Source: Acidobacteriota bacterium (GTDB lineage: Bacteria; Acidobacteriota; UBA6911). Taken from it: a stretch of 64,000 nt of DNA. A program made the position numbers and the translations under genes. The notes beneath the pieces are model-generated. The model saw nothing but the letters and a program-made list of their open reading frames with translations, ran no database searches and was not told the origin of the DNA. The stretch lies in NCBI GenBank assembly GCA_963664705.1, contig OY761556.1, positions 800,001-864,000 on the forward strand, given 5' to 3'. Below are positions 62,063-64,000 of this stretch, piece after piece (the first letter of the stretch is position 1; each line of letters starts with the position of its first letter).

Positions 62063-62728
62063 ATGATAGTTGGTGATCAGAAACCTATTGAAGACATCCT
62101 GGCATACGTCGATGGTTGCGAACGTATACTGCTGGCAGGTTGCCACGGCTGCGTTACGGTGTGCTGCGCGGGGGGACAGAAGGAAGTGGATGTTCTGGCC
62201 AGCATGATTGAACTGGGCCGGATGAAGCGCCGCCAGCCATGCCAGATTACGAAGATTACGCTGGAACGCCAGTGCGATGTGGAGTTCCTCGAAGAATTGA
62301 TCGCAAAGTCCAAGGAAAACGATGTAATCCTGTCGATGGCTTGTGGCGCAGGCGTTCAGCTGGTAGCCGAAAATGCCGGGACGAAGAAGGTAGTGCCGGC
62401 GCTGAACACAAATTTTATCGGCGCCATTCATGAAAAGGGAGTATGGGGCGAACGGTGTCAGACCTGCGGCGACTGCAAGCTTGCTCTGACCGGCGGTATT
62501 TGTCCCGTCACGCGCTGCTCCAAGAGCCTGATGAACGGCCCCTGCGGCGGATCGCGCGATGGAAAATGCGAAGTGAATTCCGATATTTCCTGCGGCTGGA
62601 ATCTGATCGTGGATCGGCTGGAGGCGACAGGTTGTTTGGACCAATACGAGAATATTCTGGAACCGGCGGACTGGTCGCGCTCCCGTGATGGAGGACCGCG
62701 AAAACTGGTTCGGGAAGACTTAAGGTAG
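62063..62728 (+). CDS. metV: Methylene-THF reductase Fe-S/Zn subunit
   Basis: GCHGCVTVC...GG, ERQC, ACGAGVQ, CQTCGDC, CPVTRCSKSLMNGPCGG, CEV, CGW. Confidence 0.93.
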   Translation: MIVGDQKPIEDILAYVDGCERILLAGCHGCVTVCCAGGQKEVDVLASMIELGRMKRRQPCQITKITLERQCDVEFLEELIAKSKENDVILSMACGAGVQLVAENAGTKKVVPALNTNFIGAIHEKGVWGERCQTCGDCKLALTGGICPVTRCSKSLMNGPCGGSRDGKCEVNSDISCGWNLIVDRLEATGCLDQYENILEPADWSRSRDGGPRKLVREDLR

Positions 62729-62731
62729 AGA

Positions 62732-63670
62732 ATGGCTAAAAGAGGAAAAAACATGAATCCAAGCAAGTCAAACCTGAAGACCGTACTCGAATCGGGCCAA
62801 TTCGCGGTAACCGCCGAAGCGGGGCCGCCGCGCGGAGCCAAGCCTGAAGTCGTGCGCCAGAAGGCCAAGATTCTGAAAGGCTGTGTCGATGCCTGCAACG
62901 TCACCGACAATCAGACCAGCGTTGTTCGTATGTGCAGCCTGGCAGCCTGCAAGATTTTGAGTGATGAGGGCATTGATGCCGTCATGCAGATGGTTTGCCG
63001 TGATCGAAACCGAATCGCGGCTCAGAGTGATATCCTGGGAGCCGCATCGCTCGGGATTTCCAATCTGCTATGCCTTTCCGGAGACCATCAGGTTTTCGGA
63101 GATAACCCGAAAGCCAAGAATGTATTCGATATCGATTCAATCCATCTCCTACAGATCGCCAAGGGAATGCGGGATGACTCCAAATTCGCCGGCGGCAAGG
63201 ATGTGGATGGACCTCCGGATATGTTTATTGGTGCGGCGGCAAATCCGTTCGCGGATCCTTTCAAAATCCAGGTTCCGCGGCTGGCAAAGAAAATTGCGGC
63301 CGGGGCACAGTTTATTCAGACCCAATGCGTTTTCAATCTCGACAAATTTATTGAGTTCATGAGCGGCGCAAGAGATCGTGGACTTGATGAAAAAGCCTAT
63401 ATCCTAGCGGGAATTACGCCGGTCAAGAGCTTGCCCATGATTGAATACATGGCAACGAAGGTGGCCGGGATGGATGTTCCGCAGGCGCTGATTGAACGCA
63501 TCAAAGGCGTCGAGAAAAAGAATCAGAAGAAGGAAGGAATCAAGATCGCGGTGGAAACGATCCAACAGCTCAAGGAAGTCAAAGGCATTCGTGGCGTACA
63601 CATTATGGCCATCGAATGGGAGGACGCTGTTCCTGAGATCGTCGAACAGGCGAATCTGAAAACCAAGTAA
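62732..63670 (+). CDS. metF: Methylene-THF reductase flavoprotein
   Basis: TAEAGPP, NVTDN, CRDRNR, LSGDH, KKIAAGAQFIQTQ, GVHIM; start 62732 or 62753. Confidence 0.94.
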   Translation: MAKRGKNMNPSKSNLKTVLESGQFAVTAEAGPPRGAKPEVVRQKAKILKGCVDACNVTDNQTSVVRMCSLAACKILSDEGIDAVMQMVCRDRNRIAAQSDILGAASLGISNLLCLSGDHQVFGDNPKAKNVFDIDSIHLLQIAKGMRDDSKFAGGKDVDGPPDMFIGAAANPFADPFKIQVPRLAKKIAAGAQFIQTQCVFNLDKFIEFMSGARDRGLDEKAYILAGITPVKSLPMIEYMATKVAGMDVPQALIERIKGVEKKNQKKEGIKIAVETIQQLKEVKGIRGVHIMAIEWEDAVPEIVEQANLKTK

Positions 63671-63687
63671 ATCCGCACAAATACTCC

Positions 63688-63748
63688 GCGGTGAAAATCG
63701 GGTCCGACCCCGATTTTCACCGCCGCCACAAATCGGGTCCGACCCCGA
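63688..63748. repeat. REP-like palindrome plus a partial second copy
   Basis: GCGGTGAAAATCGGG-TCCGAC-CCCGATTTTCACCGC, then AAATCGGGTCCGACCCCGA at 63730-63748. Confidence 0.7.
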
Positions 63749-63907
63749 AAGCTAAATTTCGCCTCAGCCCATCCTCTAAATTTCTCATCAATATTTTGGC
63801 CCCCAACGGATCCGTTCACCAGATTGCCGTTTATTGCGTCTGCCCTCGGCTTGTAGCGGGATTTTTAGTTTACTAAACTTGTATTCAAGGCAGGGGAGGG
63901 GAGAGCC

Positions 63908-64000
63908 ATGAAAAAAGTCAGCATCATCGGCAGCGGAAATGTGGGAGCGAATACCGCTTTTTTTGTCGCGGAAAATCGGGCCGCATCGGTCGTGCTCGTT
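63908..64000 (+). CDS. Malate/lactate dehydrogenase family, 5' end (truncated by the window edge)
   Basis: MKKVSIIGSGNVGANTAF Rossmann GxGxxG motif; GGAGG RBS. Confidence 0.8.
   Translation, partial: MKKVSIIGSGNVGANTAFFVAENRAASVVLV

Overview
Chromosomal segment of an anaerobic-type Acidobacteriota bacterium, inferred from the 16S/23S signatures and gene content. In order, the window holds: purN; a complete rRNA operon (three tandem sigma70 promoters, 16S, tRNA-Ile, tRNA-Ala, 23S, 5S); BON/Lon; an ECF sigma, anti-sigma, TPR and B12-dependent acyl-CoA mutase run; a PDZ protein; lexA with a small downstream ORF; a cell-wall-salvage-like SSS/NamZ/GNAT cluster; tRNA-fMet; secreted hypotheticals; a ~16 kb signalling island; and an organic-acid metabolism region. 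No integrase, transposase or CRISPR array was seen. There are two leading candidates for an undescribed system. (1) An operon joining a FAD 2-hydroxyacid (lactate-type) dehydrogenase, an HdrC/ferredoxin/MvhD fusion, LarA and MetVF, with no EtfAB, HdrAB or RnfC2, suggesting direct hydroxyacid:methylene-THF electron transfer. (2) A translationally coupled corrinoid protein, non-canonical MtaA/UROD-fold protein and GAF histidine kinase, suggesting cobamide-based sensing. Other notable points: a candidate new LexA box (GGTG-N7-GGTG, twice), a 33-bp G:U-compensated intergenic RNA stem, and several enzymes with substituted catalytic residues. All protein calls come from motif recognition by eye, not from database searches.
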